Shown here: positions 1-14,696 of the stretch, in pieces
Position numbering within the stretch: position 1 is the stretch's first letter
How the letters are laid out: every line of letters begins with the position of its first letter
Assembly (NCBI GenBank): GCA_963693365.1
Contig: CAVNZM010000004.1
Location: 888,448-952,447, forward strand
DNA: 64,000 nucleotides
Direction: 5' to 3'
From: Amoebidium appalachense
Taxonomy: Eukaryota > Protista > Ichthyosporea
Program-made: the position numbers and the translations under genes
Notes under the pieces: generated by a model
Seen by the model: the letters and a program-made list of their open reading frames with translations, nothing else
What the model was told of the DNA's origin: nothing
The model's database searches: none

Positions 1-1226
1 GCCCCGGCCGCAGACCCACGTGCTGCGGCAGACATGGGTACCTACCTCCTCCATGCTTCCCCAAAACACACACACACACACACACACACTGCCCATTCCT
101 CTCTCGGTCCGGTTACCCTACAGCCTGCCTATGGTGCCTGGCAGTGGGCTTGCTGTGCAGGTGGCCCAAGCATGCTGGGCTAGCAAGGGTGGACAGACCT
201 CTCAGGCTGTCCCTTATCTGAGCATGCGTGTGTTTTGTGTGTGTGCGTATGTATGTATGTACGCATCTATGCCCAAAACACGTAAAATCATATATGTGCC
301 CACCTATAGGCAGCAGAAGTATGTCCGCACCCAGATTTGGTATCTAGTGTAGTCACCTCTGCTTCAGCGTCCTTCGATTGTCTTGGCACTCCGTATTGCT
401 TGCATGCGCTGCCCACCCCGTCCCTAAACCACACACACACACACACACACACATGCGTGTGCCGAATATCTGTTTCCGTGCAGCAGAGCTACGGCGGCAG
501 CTAGATGTGCAGATGCGGCGGCTGTTTGATGCGTCTGTGGACAAGCGCAAGACAGACAACGAGCTGAGGGTGCTGAGGGCACGCCTGGCTAAGGCCCAGC
601 AGGTAGCCCAGAGAACGGCACAGACACAGGAGGTAGGCAGACACGTACAGGCACGTAGATGCGTGTATGTGCCTGTGTGTGGATGGGTGTGGGTGTGGGT
701 GTGGGGTGTGTGTGTGTGTGTGTGTGTGTGTGCATGTGCGTGTGCGTGTGCGCTTGTGTCACGTGTGAATAGATACAACTGTGGGCGCTATGGCTAGACT
801 GATTGGTCGGATTGGAGAGAGAACTCGATGAATGGGTGACGGAAGTGAACCAAAGAACACCATTATACCGTGCTCTCCCAAACGTTGTTAATTATGTTGT
901 TCGGCACCGTTGGTGATTGTGTGTGGGGTGTTGCTCTGCTCTTTGTGTCTCTAACGTGGGTGGGACACGGCTAGTACATAGGTGTGTGTCTTGTTGGACC
1001 TCTGACTGTGTGTTTGTTTGCACAGAGCGCGGATGTTCAGGGCATGGACGCAGCAGCAGGCAGGCACAAGCGGCCCCCATCCACACCCACGCAGGACAAG
1101 GTGGCAGGCAAGAGGCTGTGCCAGGACCAGCAAGCAGACGACCAGCCCATGCAGAAGAAGCTACTGCTCAAGAAGAGAACAGGGCCTAGACAGCCACTGG
1201 CGGCACTGAATGCAACACAGAAATAG
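1..1226 (+). CDS. 3' part of a spliced gene encoding a coiled-coil protein (exons <1-37, 484-632, 1026-1226); 5' end lies outside the window
   Basis: GT-AG junctions with compatible phases (ATGG|gtacct, tgcag|CAGAG, GAG|gtaggc, cacag|AGC) give ...DMAELRRQLDVQMRRLFDASVDKRKTDNELRVLRARLAKAQQ...KKLLLKKRTGPRQPLAALNATQK*. Confidence 0.75.
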
Positions 1227-1453
1227 AGCGGTCCGGACAGGGTGGGCTGTTTGTTTGGAATTCGTGGGTCTTTTTCTTTTAATTAATGTAGGGAGTCGAG
1301 TGGCTCTTCCAGCCTGGTCGTAGCCTACGGCACGTATGTGGTGCAGAGAAATGCGCTGCTAAAAGCAGTGATGGCATTTTTAGAAATCGGTACATATGGC
1401 CTAGCAATGCTGACGGTGCAGGCAAAAAGCGATTGGCTATCTGAGTGTTGATT

Positions 1454-1491
<38 letters not shown>

Positions 1492-2246
1492 TGGACAGAA
1501 TTTCGAAATGTCGATAATGATATTGTGTCTATAGACACGATACTTTATTATTGTCCGTATATAGCCTAAAGCCGCCACAGGATTTGGCAGCAGTGTCTAG
1601 CAAAATATATTTAAACCAATTCGGTGGTTTGTTCTAGCCCGGCACCTATTTGGAGAAGAATTCGTGCAGTTTGGTATCGTCACAACACTCCCCCTCCACA
1701 AGTCGCTCCCCCTGTGCAACAGAGTGTGAGTGGCAGGTATAATCACAACCAATGATTGGTGGGTTAGGTGTGGTGGACCAATGAGTTTTGGTCATTAAAT
1801 CAAAGTGCACAACAGGCAATATCAATGGTGTGGGGTGTGTTGTGTGCAATCCTTTATGATGACTTGCGTTGGCAATGACGATTGCTCCGCATGATATTTT
1901 CAATGTTTCTGGTTTGACACCGCTTATGCGCATGCAAGGCACACACCTGTTTGTGTGGGGGGGGTTTGCACTACATGTGTGCACAAACAACTATTAAAGC
2001 GGGTTTCTTTTTGGATCCGGGTCGGGCCAGACCCGAAGGGAAAATGTGGGATAGGATTGGCTGGGTGCACATCACACTATGATTAAACCTGACCCGAAAG
2101 TGGCCAATAAATCGGCCTAGAAGAAACCCCATTGAATGATTAACGAGTGCTTTTGTTGCACAAGTTACAATGGGCGTACATTTGATTGTTTTTACTGATC
2201 TCACGGTGGTCACGGTAGTGGGTGGTGGTGGTGCGGGTGAGGGAGG

Positions 2247-2287
<41 letters not shown>

Positions 2288-2461
2288 TGACCCCCTTCAT
2301 AAGGATGAGGGTGGGGATACGCTCGAGATTGAGAGTCTCATCTAGACGGAATGGATTCTCTGGGTCACGCCACCTATAGCAGGCATGAAAAAAACACGTG
2401 TCAGCATACGTATGTGAAGTTTAAGGTACGTGAAAAAGAGAGAGAGAGATGAGATGTGGGG

Positions 2462-2496
<35 letters not shown>

Positions 2497-3341
2497 CGGC
2501 TGTGTGGTAGTGTGATAATGTGCGCTGGCATCCTTAAGGGACAACTTGAGCCTAACCAGACCATTGAATCACGTGCATGGTTTCCATAGCAACCATGATG
2601 GTGCATGCCGGGTTGCAACAAGTAGAGCACATAGCTGGGCTGCCTGTATCGTTGTGCCTTACATAGCTACGTATACTGTGAAGTAAGAGCATCCATTTTA
2701 TGTATGAATATGATGTTGCACCTGGTTTAGGAGCGTGCAGCCACACCGACAACCCAGTCCAACACCGTGCGACAAGTATACTGTTCAGTGTTGTGTTGCT
2801 TGTTGGCGTCTATATGGGCTAGCACAGGCGTGTGTGTGTTTTGCGAAAGGAGGGGAGGAGGGGTGGGTGGATAACACAATCTGAGTACAAATTCACTTAA
2901 GTGTTGTGTGTGTGTCTGTGTTTGGGGGGGGGAGGGGGAAAATTCGATTGCTTTATAGAGGAAACACAATGCAGAGTGCAAATCACACATAAAGAGTTCG
3001 CATAGCAAGCAGAGCCCATCCTCAGAAGGCGCCATGTCATCCATGCGCCCCCCGAGGGGGGGGGGGGGGGGGGGGGGGGAGGGGGAGGGGGGGGGGGGGG
3101 GGGGGGTTAAACATACTTTGGGCGGTCACCCATATCGGCTTGAATCAGGACCGTGTTTCTGCGCACAGCCTGATAGGCCTTAATGATGTGTGGCTCGGCT
3201 GCAAAACAGGTCCGCGGGTCAGAGATCAAAAATAGGTCCGTTAGTCAAACTCTATAGGGCTGGGTGGTGCCCAATTAGGGTGCAGTGGTATGCCCTGCAC
3301 ATGTATTTATACCACAAGGGCTGAAGGAGTTTGGCTCGAAC

Positions 3342-3374
<33 letters not shown>

Positions 3375-3774
3375 CACACACACACACACACACACCAAAT
3401 TCCCCGTTTTCTTGTGTGCGCAAGAACATGCATGGATGTGTTCGTTTGTTTTCTTTTGGCAGTAGTACGCGACAGGCCTCGGGGGAGGAGGGGGGGGGGG
3501 GGGGGGGGGGATGCACTAAATTAGCGAGTCAGAAAACCTTGTACAGATGCTCAAACATGAACACAGAATATTCAAGGTAAGCAAGCGGAATCAAGCCCAT
3601 AAGGTACCAAGTCATCCACACCATCAGAGTTTGGACTCAATAACTAAACCACACAGCCTAACTCTGCTACTGTCGCATGTAAAATTTGACATTAATTCTG
3701 CCAAGTTACTGCAAATACTTGGGCCAAGCAAACAGTAAACGGCAGACAATGAGACTGGGAATCACCGAGAGGGG

Positions 3775-3805
<31 letters not shown>

Positions 3806-3808
3806 TGT

Positions 3809-3854
<46 letters not shown>

Positions 3855-4178
3855 ACAGCAATGCACTCAATTGCAATCGTTATACGTGTTCACAAAAAGG
3901 AGGGGGAGAGGGAGAGGGTGGGGCAAAGGAGGAGGGGGGTGGGTGCTCGCACCAATGGCCGGGGGGAGGGGGGGGGGGGGGGGGAGTAGGATATGTACCG
4001 TTCTGGCAGTCAGGACACCACTCTGCAGCAAAAAGGGCATACACTGACTGCCACCCATAACAACCTGTTAGTAGCTGCACTTCCTCTCACCCACCACCAC
4101 ACCATCCCACCCTCCTACCCTCCCCCCTTCCCCACCCCCTCCGCCTCGCCTTCATCCCCCCCCCCCCCCCCCCCCCAG

Positions 4179-4571
<393 letters not shown>

Positions 4572-6611
4572 GTACACGCACGAATGGGACACCTACGCAG
4601 AAACAGCCTCCAACTAACCTCTGATCCGTATTACCGTCGCATTCCACATTACCTCCCAATTCCCAATTCCCAATTCCAGGTCTGGACGATAAGCCTCACT
4701 ATTATATGCCGCAGCAGGAAAACAATCTCTATCACACATGGCATATATTTCAGGGTTCGAAAGTGCAAAAACCAATACATCGATCTTCTGTGTCATTCCA
4801 ACAACAGCCATAAACCAAACCATCCGGTTTTCCTATTGCAGATTCGGCCTATGAAGCCACTTTCTAGCCAACAAGACTCCATGGAAATTGTACGAGGTTT
4901 TCACTACTCTTTTCTTCTGCTATGTGGTAATGGTTTTATAATTTAACCTCTCTTTTCCCGTTATTTAGGTTGTCGGAAATTCAAGAGGGGTGCATCACCT
5001 CTGCATTTTTCGACCAATGATCGAGTGCGGTTTTGAAGTCAGGCAGACTGTCCACAAACAGGTGATGTTGCACGGTGGGTGACTCCTCCCCCTCACCTGC
5101 CATCTTGCCCCCACTTACACTGCGTAAAGTGCTGGGGCGGGGGGGGGGGGGGGGGGGGGGGGGGGAAGGCAAGGCAAAGGGGAGCGGGGGGGGGAGGGAG
5201 GGAGGGAGAGGGGGGAGGGGGGAGAGGGAGGGGGGCGTGGAAGGCTTGTGGGGTGCGGGGGGGGGGGGGGGGGGGGGGGGAGGGGAAGGGGGAGGGGGGT
5301 GAGGATTATAAGGTGTCAGGGGATCCGAATATACGCTCAGGACAAAAAAATTGCAGAGCTTTTATTCACAAAGAGTTTGCACCATAGCGAGAGAACGAGA
5401 GAGGGAGAAGGGGTAAAACGTCACAATTTCTTAAACTCCCTGATTGTACAAGCAATATCACTACTCTCCTTTGCAGATATTGCAGTAAAACTTTGCTCAC
5501 CACACTCCCCCCCCCCCCCTCCCCCACCCTTCCCCCTCCCCCCCTCCCCCCAACCCACCCCCCGCCTCACCCCTACCCGTAATCCTATCCCCCCCTCCCC
5601 CCCCCCCCTCCCCCCCCCCCCCCCAAATATGTATATAGGTTTCCTGGGCCCGGTACCTACCAAAAGGCAGCAGTTCTAAATATGACCTTAATAAAAAGGC
5701 TCTCCCCTCCCTCCCGCCCCTCTACCTGCGCTCGCTCACTGTGTTCGTGCGCGCGCGTGTGTGTATCCTTATTTTTTCTCTCTCTCTATCTTCCTCCCTC
5801 CCTCTCTCACTCGTTCCCCCCCCCCCCCCCCTCTTCCCCTTCCTCCCCCCCTCCCCCCCCCCCCCTCTCCCACCACCACCACCACCACCACCACCACACA
5901 CAGACAGACACACGGCCGCACACACACATCTTCACCACACTCTCACGCACACACACAGGTCTGTCGTGTCAGCGAGCATCTTCATATTTCTGTTCCTTTA
6001 ATCTTAAAGTTTGCGCCTAAGGCCAGAGTGTGACAGTCTAGATATATCTGTCCCACAATTTACTTTCACCCTTCCAAGATGCTTCCTTTCACACCCTTAC
6101 CTCCTCCCCTCTCCCCTTCGTTCCCTCCCCTCCCCCCTTCTTCCCCCCCACCCCCCCCGCCAACAACAACAACAAAGCTTTACATACACACATACGCATA
6201 CACTCCAACCCTTTCCCTCCTGCTGTCTTATGATCCCCGATTTTTTATGCTTCCTTTCCTATATGTCTCTCACTCTTTAATTCCTCCCTTCCAAAAACCC
6301 TACCTTCCTTTTTCACCCCTTCCCCTCTCCCTCCCCCTTTCCCTTCCACCGCCTGAATGCCCCTCTCTTCTCCACGCACATTCTGCCCCTTCAAGTTGTT
6401 TTGCTCCCTAACATGCTCCTAGTGCAGCAAGGGCATTACACTATCCATCCATCCCATGCCCGCGTCCCGGCCCCCTTCCCCCACAACCCCCCTGGTGTGA
6501 GTTCATAAATGCTGCTCTTGCACCTTTCAACCTTAGCAACTTGCCTCCCTCCCCTCCCCCCTCCCCCTCCCCCTACATACACACACCCACACACCCACAC
6601 CCACACCCACC

Positions 6612-6719
<108 letters not shown>

Positions 6720-8510
6720 AGCTCACCCCCCCCCCCCCCCCCCTCCCCGGCCCTCCCACTCCCCCCACCCACCCCGGTCCCCCAAAAATATTAGCATCCC
6801 AGATCATGATCATGCATCTTCACATCAACTGAGCCTTCCCTCTCTCCCTTATCCCTCCTGTGCCCGCGCCTATGTACCCGTCACAGCAGCCTCGGACAGC
6901 GTTTGATTTCCTTTCTCCGAAGATCTCTTCCCCACCTCCCCTCCTCCTCTCTCTCTCTCTATCTTCCCTCCCCTCCCCCTCCCCTCCCCCACCACCATCA
7001 CCACCCAACACACCCCATCATATTCTCTCTCTCCCCCCCCCCCCCCCCCCCCCTCTCCCCCTCCCCTTGCTTACCGTGCTAGTATGTGTGGTGTCCTGGC
7101 ACCCACCCGCTGAAGCACAGAGATCATGCACCTGGAATTCAGCTACCGTCTAAGTAGTAAATGGCTATACTATGACCAGACAGCAATCTTCTTCGCCGAT
7201 CATGATGAAAGTTTATTTGAGGTCATCAGGAGGCTGCTCCGATTTGACTGGACCCGCGGCCGGTTGGGTTTCAACTTGATTACGTAATCGTGCCAGCTAG
7301 GCTACGATGATATGATTCTATGTAGACTGAAAGCCGTTCCGAACCTGCTGAAGGTTCTCAGAACACAAACATGAACCTGTTATATAAATATATATATATA
7401 TATGGCCAATGTGACAGGCAGAATATTAAATTACACACCATTAACTCCAATAGATGCAAATACCACTACCAAAAAGGCCCCTAGGCATTACATACAACAT
7501 CATTGTTTTTGCATTTCAAACCTTGACGATGGTGAGATCCAGTAGCACGCGTACGTACATTTTTCTTCGCGTCATTTCGGCCCAGCACTGAGCTGCCCAC
7601 TCAGTACACGCACAGGTTCAAACAATGCTACTCTGCACGTGATCAGTAGCTTGCCCTCTATAGAGCTCAAAAGGCAGCCAGCTAGCGTTCAATGATATCT
7701 CCTCCCCTTTTGTACACGCATGCAGAGAGCTCATGATCAGCTCCGAGTTACTTACCGTGCATGCCAGTCACAGTAGTCAGCCTGCTTTGAAATTCATCAT
7801 GGCCGCTTGAAGCCTAATCATTTTCAAGTTCGAGCACTGTGACACAGTGCACGACCTCAGCTGACTCACTGAGTGAGTGAATCCGGGAGCAGAGGCCTGC
7901 GAACCGTTCATGGCCTGACAGGGTGATGGCTGATCAGTCAGTCATCCTGTGCCATGAGCACTGAGTCACTAGTCACTGAGGTTGTGCGCGCGCACACGGT
8001 CACACGTACCGTACCATGGCAAATTGTACGTGAAACCGTTGTTGAGACCGGCAAGTGCACCGATCGACTCGGGCGCACACCACCTTCCAGGTGACTGAAT
8101 TTGGCTGCCCCGGGCCCGGGGATCATATTAGAACGGTCGCGTTGGCCACCACGCTGATCATAAAACCGTAAAAGCTACTACGGCCTGTCAGTGATCCCCC
8201 CCCCCCCCCCCCCCCCCAAGGCCTCGTCGACCCCCCTCGCATAGGGCCAGCTTAAATGAGCTCCCCCGCAGCCGGGCCCCCGGGGCTCCCCCTCCCCCCC
8301 CCCCCCCCCCCCCCCCCCGCCCCTCCGAGTCGGAGCCCCGCCCCTCTTCGAGCTCGGAGACACGGTGACAGTCTCTGAGAATGATCTAGAGATCTAGAAA
8401 CTACTATGATAGAGAGAGAGATACTGTGTGTGTGTGTGTGTGTTTATCACGGTGCCACGCCGGGTCAGTGTGTGTGTGAGGCTAGAGAGAGAGAGTCTCG
8501 GGGGGGGAGG

Positions 8511-8579
<69 letters not shown>

Positions 8580-8735
8580 TCGGGGAGAGAGACTGAGAGA
8601 GCTGCCACGTTCGTGACTGTGGTCTCAGCCGCCGTATGACCAAATACTCTGGCGAGATGAGTTGGCGCCGTGATCAGTCGCTTCGGAAGGGGAGTTTTTC
8701 AGCCTTGAAAAATAAGAGCTACCTCCAAAGGTAGC

Positions 8736-8788
<53 letters not shown>

Positions 8789-8838
8789 GGGGGGAGCCTC
8801 GGTAAGGGAGAGAGAGAGAGAGAGACTCGGGCGTTCTG

Positions 8839-8892
<54 letters not shown>

Positions 8893-9763
8893 CTGAGAGA
8901 GAGAGAGAGAAACTCAGTAGAGAAAGCGAGAGTCGCCCGGGGGGGCTGTGAACGAGAGAGACTGTTCATGTGAGCCTCTAATAACGCGGCGGGGACAGGA
9001 GTCTAGACTCGAACGGGGGGACGGGGGGGGGGGGGGGGACAGTCTGGATAGATGGAAAGGAGAGGCCTAACTGACTCATGATAGAGAATTCTCGAAAGAC
9101 TTTGGGGGATCCGGGTTTATTAAACTTGGATTGTCCATGCCATGTGTCATGATGTACTAAACATGAATGGAAATTATTAATCATTTATAAAATTAAACTA
9201 GTTATTTAAGTAGTACTAGGCCTTGTGCACATTTGCAAGGCAGTCTGAGAGCCACCAGGGCATTAACAAGAATTCTTCAATAGTTAAAAAAACCAGGGCA
9301 TGGACCACTCTTAGAGTATGCTGTCTCAGAGGGCCAAAGCTAGGAGTTTATGCGTATCAAAAAATCAAAATGGGCAATACGCGCATTTCGACTATTCACT
9401 TAAAGGTATCATATATGTAGTACTAGTATCCGGATCCGTATAGTCTGCCAGGAGATTTCATACTAGTTTGTGAAGGCACGTCGGACGATTCCACGGCCAT
9501 AATGATTAAATTTAGCAGACTACACTTGACAATAACTACCCCAGTAGGCTAAGCTTGAACTAAAGGAAGAAAACGAAGCAAGTCAGTGAAATAAATTCAA
9601 TACAAACTGAACACAACCTGACACCAACAACTGGGCCACAAGGTCAAGTCAGATAAGTTACATATTCTAATGAAGTTTCAGACTGAGAAAAAGCAAAAAG
9701 AATAATATTTCATGCCACACCAATGCACTGCAACACAAAGCATTTTCGCGTCATTAAACACTT

Positions 9764-10834
9764 TCAGAAAGAGTTGCAGCGGCTGCGGGGCATGTCCATA
9801 CCCGTACAGGCATTCATATCCGGCATCATGCGTGTGCACTGCCGCTTGCTGGCCTCCTGGACCACCACATCGACGGCAACATTCGCGTCCATGAAGCTAG
9901 CACTGGCCGTGCGCTTTCGCTCTCCCTCACGATACTGGCGACCATACTCGTAATCTCCAGGCATCCCTGCGTATCCACTGTGCACCGTTCCAGCACCCGT
10001 ACCCTGCCCGGCGGCAGACTCGTTTGCGTGGTGCATGTGAGGTGACGTGTTCTTTCGCGAGCGCGAAATTTCCCTTTCGGGGGCCGCGGGCGAACGGCTG
10101 AAATTGCTTGACCGTGGGGAGGCTGTGCTGCTCTCGTCGGCTGTGCCGGCAGCATGGGTGTTGCTGTCACTGGTGCGGTCCACATCGGCGCTAGAGGGCT
10201 GGCGGCGCTTGGGGTTGCTGGCCATGTAGTCGGCCCTCTGCTCCTTGCTCATCTGTGTGTAGTTGGAGTACAGGTGGATGGGCACGGAGGAGAGAACCTC
10301 CGCTGTACGTGTGTCTCCGATGCCGTTACTTCCACGGCGGCACAGGCGGAATTTGAGGCGGAGGGAGCCGTTGTGCTCGAAGGACGAGGGCTTGACCATG
10401 ATGCGCAGTTCGGTGAAGGCCACGATGCCCTTGTGGAAGTTGCGCTGGTGGTTGAGCTGCACTACATTGCCGTCCACAACACTGGGCTGGTCCTCAAACT
10501 GGGGAGCATAGCAAGTCAGTATGTCACATCATTCAGTGGGCCATAGATATCATCTACTCTTAATATATATAGATGAATGGCATTTGAAGCTGAGTTTTGT
10601 AAAACAGGACGAGGTTGCACATGGCAAACACATGCACTCGGCAAGAACACTGAGAAGACTGAGCACACGTTGAACAGCCGCTGCGGCGGGGGGAGGGGAA
10701 TATGCGGACTTTAAACATGTTCAGTGGATACGAGGCGCACATTCATGGCTGACAACACTATGCAGATCACACAATATTTCTTTTCTGTGCAGTGTGTGTT
10801 GTGTTGTGTTTCTTCACCCTCCCCTCTTTTTTTT

Positions 10835-10865
<31 letters not shown>

Positions 10866-12338
10866 GGGGGGGAAGGCATCGTGCACACACCTTGACGACT
10901 TTGCAGTCCTCCCCCTGGACCAGCACGGCCTCGATGTAGTCTGTGTTGATGTCGTAGCCACCCATCACGGCCACCTTGGGCGGGGGCCTCACCATGTAGC
11001 TCTTGCTGGGCTTGGACCGCAGCTGCACCCGGCATGGCTCCTGCACCACCACAAGCTGGCTCGTGCCCTCGGCCTGCGCCAATTTGCGCAAACGGTCGAG
11101 ATTTTGCCGCACTGGGTTGGTGTTGGCTGGGGAGTGGGTGCTGCTGGGGGGGGTGGATGGGAATGCGGGCCGCGGGGCAGGTTGGGAGGCCTCGGAGTGG
11201 CTGAAAAAAAGGAAATAGTGTCAGTGATTTATCCAAGATTCGCACTTCAAGTTGGTTGAAGTGCACCGTAAGAGTCAACCATGCCACCACATTGTCAACT
11301 ATGCAATATTCGACTGTACATGGTATGTACTACCAGGAATTTGCACTAAACTAACACTGCGACCCTCGCGATGCAATAAATTGACAGATTGACATGCAAT
11401 CAGTTTTTGAGCAGTACGATCCGTGAGAAAACACAAGAAGCCGATGAAATTCAGTGTTATGATAGCGTAATGTTAGGAAGATAAAACACACACCTTCGTG
11501 CCGTTTCAACGCCCGGGGAAAGAGAAGATAGCCGGGAGGGCGGCACCAGTGAATGGTTTTCACTGTTTGGAGAAGACACAAACGAACGGTCAACCCTGTC
11601 CACCTGCAGCCTGCCTCGGGGGTTGTTCACCTCGGCATAGCGTGCAGGGTATTCGCTGCGCTGCGGGCCATCCTGGCTGCATGAGTAAGGCTCGCAATCA
11701 TACCGACCATGGTGGTGGTTATATGTTGCTTCGTTCTTGAACGACGGCGACAGATGGGCATTATCAACCCGCCGGCTGTGCTCTACCCACCTGTCGTTAT
11801 GCATGTACATAGCCAGGTGTTCCTTTGAGGGCTTTCTCTGCAGCTCCTGCTCGTAGGCGTAGGAGGAACGGGGTGTCTGGCAGCACGGACCTAGGCACCT
11901 TTGCTGGTGTGTGCGTCCCTCTACGTCCCTCTCTACCTCCGAGTTGCGGGCCCGCACCACAGGCTCAGGGGTGTCAGCCCAAAACTGCCCTGCCCGTTGG
12001 TTGATCTGCCGGTGTGACCCGGCATCTGCCGAGTAGTGCCGTGCCACTGTGTGGTCTTGCTCATATCTCTGCTCATACGGCCGGTTATAACCATAGGCAG
12101 AGTCTGTGGGCCGTGCCGGTTTCCCATGCAAGTGAGGCTCATCGACATATTGGGGCTGTGGCCTTCGCAAGGACTCGTATTGGTCTGCACTCATGGGCCG
12201 GGGCTGCCTGTTGATGTGGTTATCATTCTGGGCATTGGGCCGGGCACGGGTGTCAAAATGCTGCCACTCGCTGCCTGTCTGAACGGGGGCAACTCGCTCG
12301 GCGGACTCGACAAGGGGCTGCTGGCGGCTGGCATACAT
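9764..12338 (-). CDS. Putative transcription factor with a divergent Ig-fold (Rel-homology/velvet-like) DNA-binding domain; exons 12338-11494, 11200-10891, 10498-9764 (further 5' exons possible)
   Basis: Phase-consistent GT-AG introns. Domain motifs QLVVVQEPCRVQ...VRPPPKVAVMGGY, GIVAFTELRIM, LRLKFRL and AEVLSSVPIHLYS, followed by basic NPKRRQ; disordered flanks. Confidence 0.7.
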
Positions 12339-14629
12339 CTGTGGCAATGGCCGGCTAAATCAGTACCAGTCATTCAAAACATCGCAACCTGGTGTATCGA
12401 TCTAGGCCATAATGGGAGGAAATCAGATCGACACTGCTCAAAAAATTAGTTAACTGGCATGAAGTACTAAGCAAACTTGCAGTTTACAAGTCGGGATCCA
12501 TTGGCAGCCTTAGGGTTCGCTATAGCAACTGAAACACGAGACAAGCAACAGTTACTAATCCGGTCCGAATCCGATGTCAAACTTTAGTACCAATTCTGGA
12601 CCCCATTCTCCCTACTCCCTGTTATCGAAAACTTCACCATGACAAGTGCTTACCTGAGCATTCTCGAGCGTGATGTGCCGGTCAGGCACTTGTTCGTGGC
12701 TTTCCCTGTAGCTTGTATGCTTGAGCCCTGACAAAGATCGTTGATCGGGCTCCCATGCCATTGTGTACGCGTGTGCCACCGGCCCAATGGCCGAGGCAAA
12801 GTGATTGTTATAGGTGCTAACCTGCGTGCACATGGCTTCTCTCGCAGAAGCAGGCGGTTCTAGCCTGCTGTTTGTTCCACACATAGAAGTTCGTATGAAG
12901 TCACGGACAGAAACAGAAAAGGTGTGACTGTTTTGCAGCGTGAGGCGAAGGCTATGTGTGCAAAGTTTGGAGCCGATGAGAACAGCCTACTGGGGCGCGC
13001 GGGCACGTATATATCGACATCCTCGTGCGAACATGATGCGATTTAGAACTGAGTGACATTTAACCAATCAATGGTGTGTAGTGACGTATACGTAACTCAG
13101 CGGCGTCAGTCAACGTCCGGCCTCTCTGGAGTCCACGGCCTCAGACTTTTGAATAAGATATCTTCCAGTGAGCTCAACTGCATTCAATCACAGCAATTGT
13201 ATTTTTTAACCCAATAGCATATCTATATAAGCATCAAAATGCTAGCAACATAGACGTAATGTCCTTGCTTATGATTGGCAGAAATAATGAACGTAATATC
13301 GCCGGTCGACTGCACGTCCCTATTAGATCGTGATGCTGAAGGTAGATCCACGGTGATGCACACACTGTCGGGCATAGTAAGCCCCAATAGCAGTAAGGGC
13401 ACAAGACAGACGAAGACATGCATAAAGGAAAAAACTCTAACAACATTTTCTATATCATCACGCTAATACTTAATTCATTAGATAATCGTATGCATATATG
13501 TTCTGATAAATGCAAATGCAAGACCATACGCGTGTGCACCCATCAGCCCGCATATGGAATCAGTCCGCGGACTCTGGTCACGCGGTTTGAACGTGCGCAG
13601 TGAGCAGTGACAACTCGACACGGTGCGGTCCGGGTTCGGTTTGGGGTGACGTAACGGGGTCAAATTCCCTGCCATCGATGCCGCACTACGCATTTACTCA
13701 AATTTCTGTGTTAACGTACGCGTTTCACTCAATGATTTCTGTGACTCAATTCATATTAGGTCACCTTTATTGAGGTTTTTTTTGTTGTGGCAGCCGAGAT
13801 ATCAACTTATCGTTTTCACTCCTGCCTTTAGTGTTTATTTGTATTTTTATACCTTTGGGTCGACGTCCGTATTCCAGTGAGCCACTTTAAGTGACTCGAA
13901 AATCGTCTTTCGAGATATCTAGGATATCTCTTTTTCCGTGTCCTTCGAACATATGAGCACATCAATAAAGTCATTATTAAACAAAAAAAATTCCACGTAA
14001 CAGATCGACGACGTGTGTGATTAGGCCAGGACGTCCGGAAATCGTCTAGGATGACCAGAACGCAACCTCCGGTCCGAAAAATTGAGGGGCATTTTTTGAG
14101 CCGGATCCATGGTACGCTGCATTTTTATTTGTTTAGTTGGCCACAAAATTTTGTTAAAGCAATATGATTGGTTTTAGATCACTTTTACAAATTTTTGATA
14201 ATCTTTTATAATTTTTGTGTAGCTTCTGCAACTTTTTGTGGTAAGCGCAAAATGGGCTAAGCGTTTGTAAAACAGTACTTTGAAAGGAAAAGGGCCGCCG
14301 ATTTCGAAGCTGGAATCAACATGTAGGAGAGGATGCTAGGAACCCCTTTTCCCCCCCAAAATAAATGTCTGTTTTCACCATCTTTTGGCTTTTATTCGTC
14401 TATAAAAAATCATATTCAATAGGTTATTTAGGGTCGCGGCCGGAACATATCCGGATGCAACCAGCCGGCGGTCTGGATTTTCCGCCCCCAACCGCAAAAA
14501 GTGGCATCTGGACTGCCGCAGGCTGGAAAGCGGCTGTGAAATTAAGGGGTTTAGGGCCAGAAAATTGCCCCTGAAAGTCCGAAAATTATCCCTAACCTTT
14601 TGAGGTTAGGTCATCAATTTTTCAAAATT

Positions 14630-14696
14630 TGGCCCTAACAGAGCCAAATATATAAGGAAATACACCCAAAAACGGTTTTTGGCTCTGTTAGGGCCA
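14630..14696. repeat. Perfect 19-bp inverted repeat with 29-bp spacer (hairpin) in a probable DNA-transposon remnant
   Basis: tggccctaacagagccaaa (14630-14648) / tttggctctgttagggcca (14678-14696); a second hairpin cctaacct-tttg-aggttagg lies at 14591-14610. Confidence 0.8.

Noticed and set aside
3117-3274. Possible MITE with degenerate TIRs (ttgggcggtcaccca / tgggtggtgcccaa)
   Set aside because: TIR match is weak, no TSD, and there is a single copy in the window
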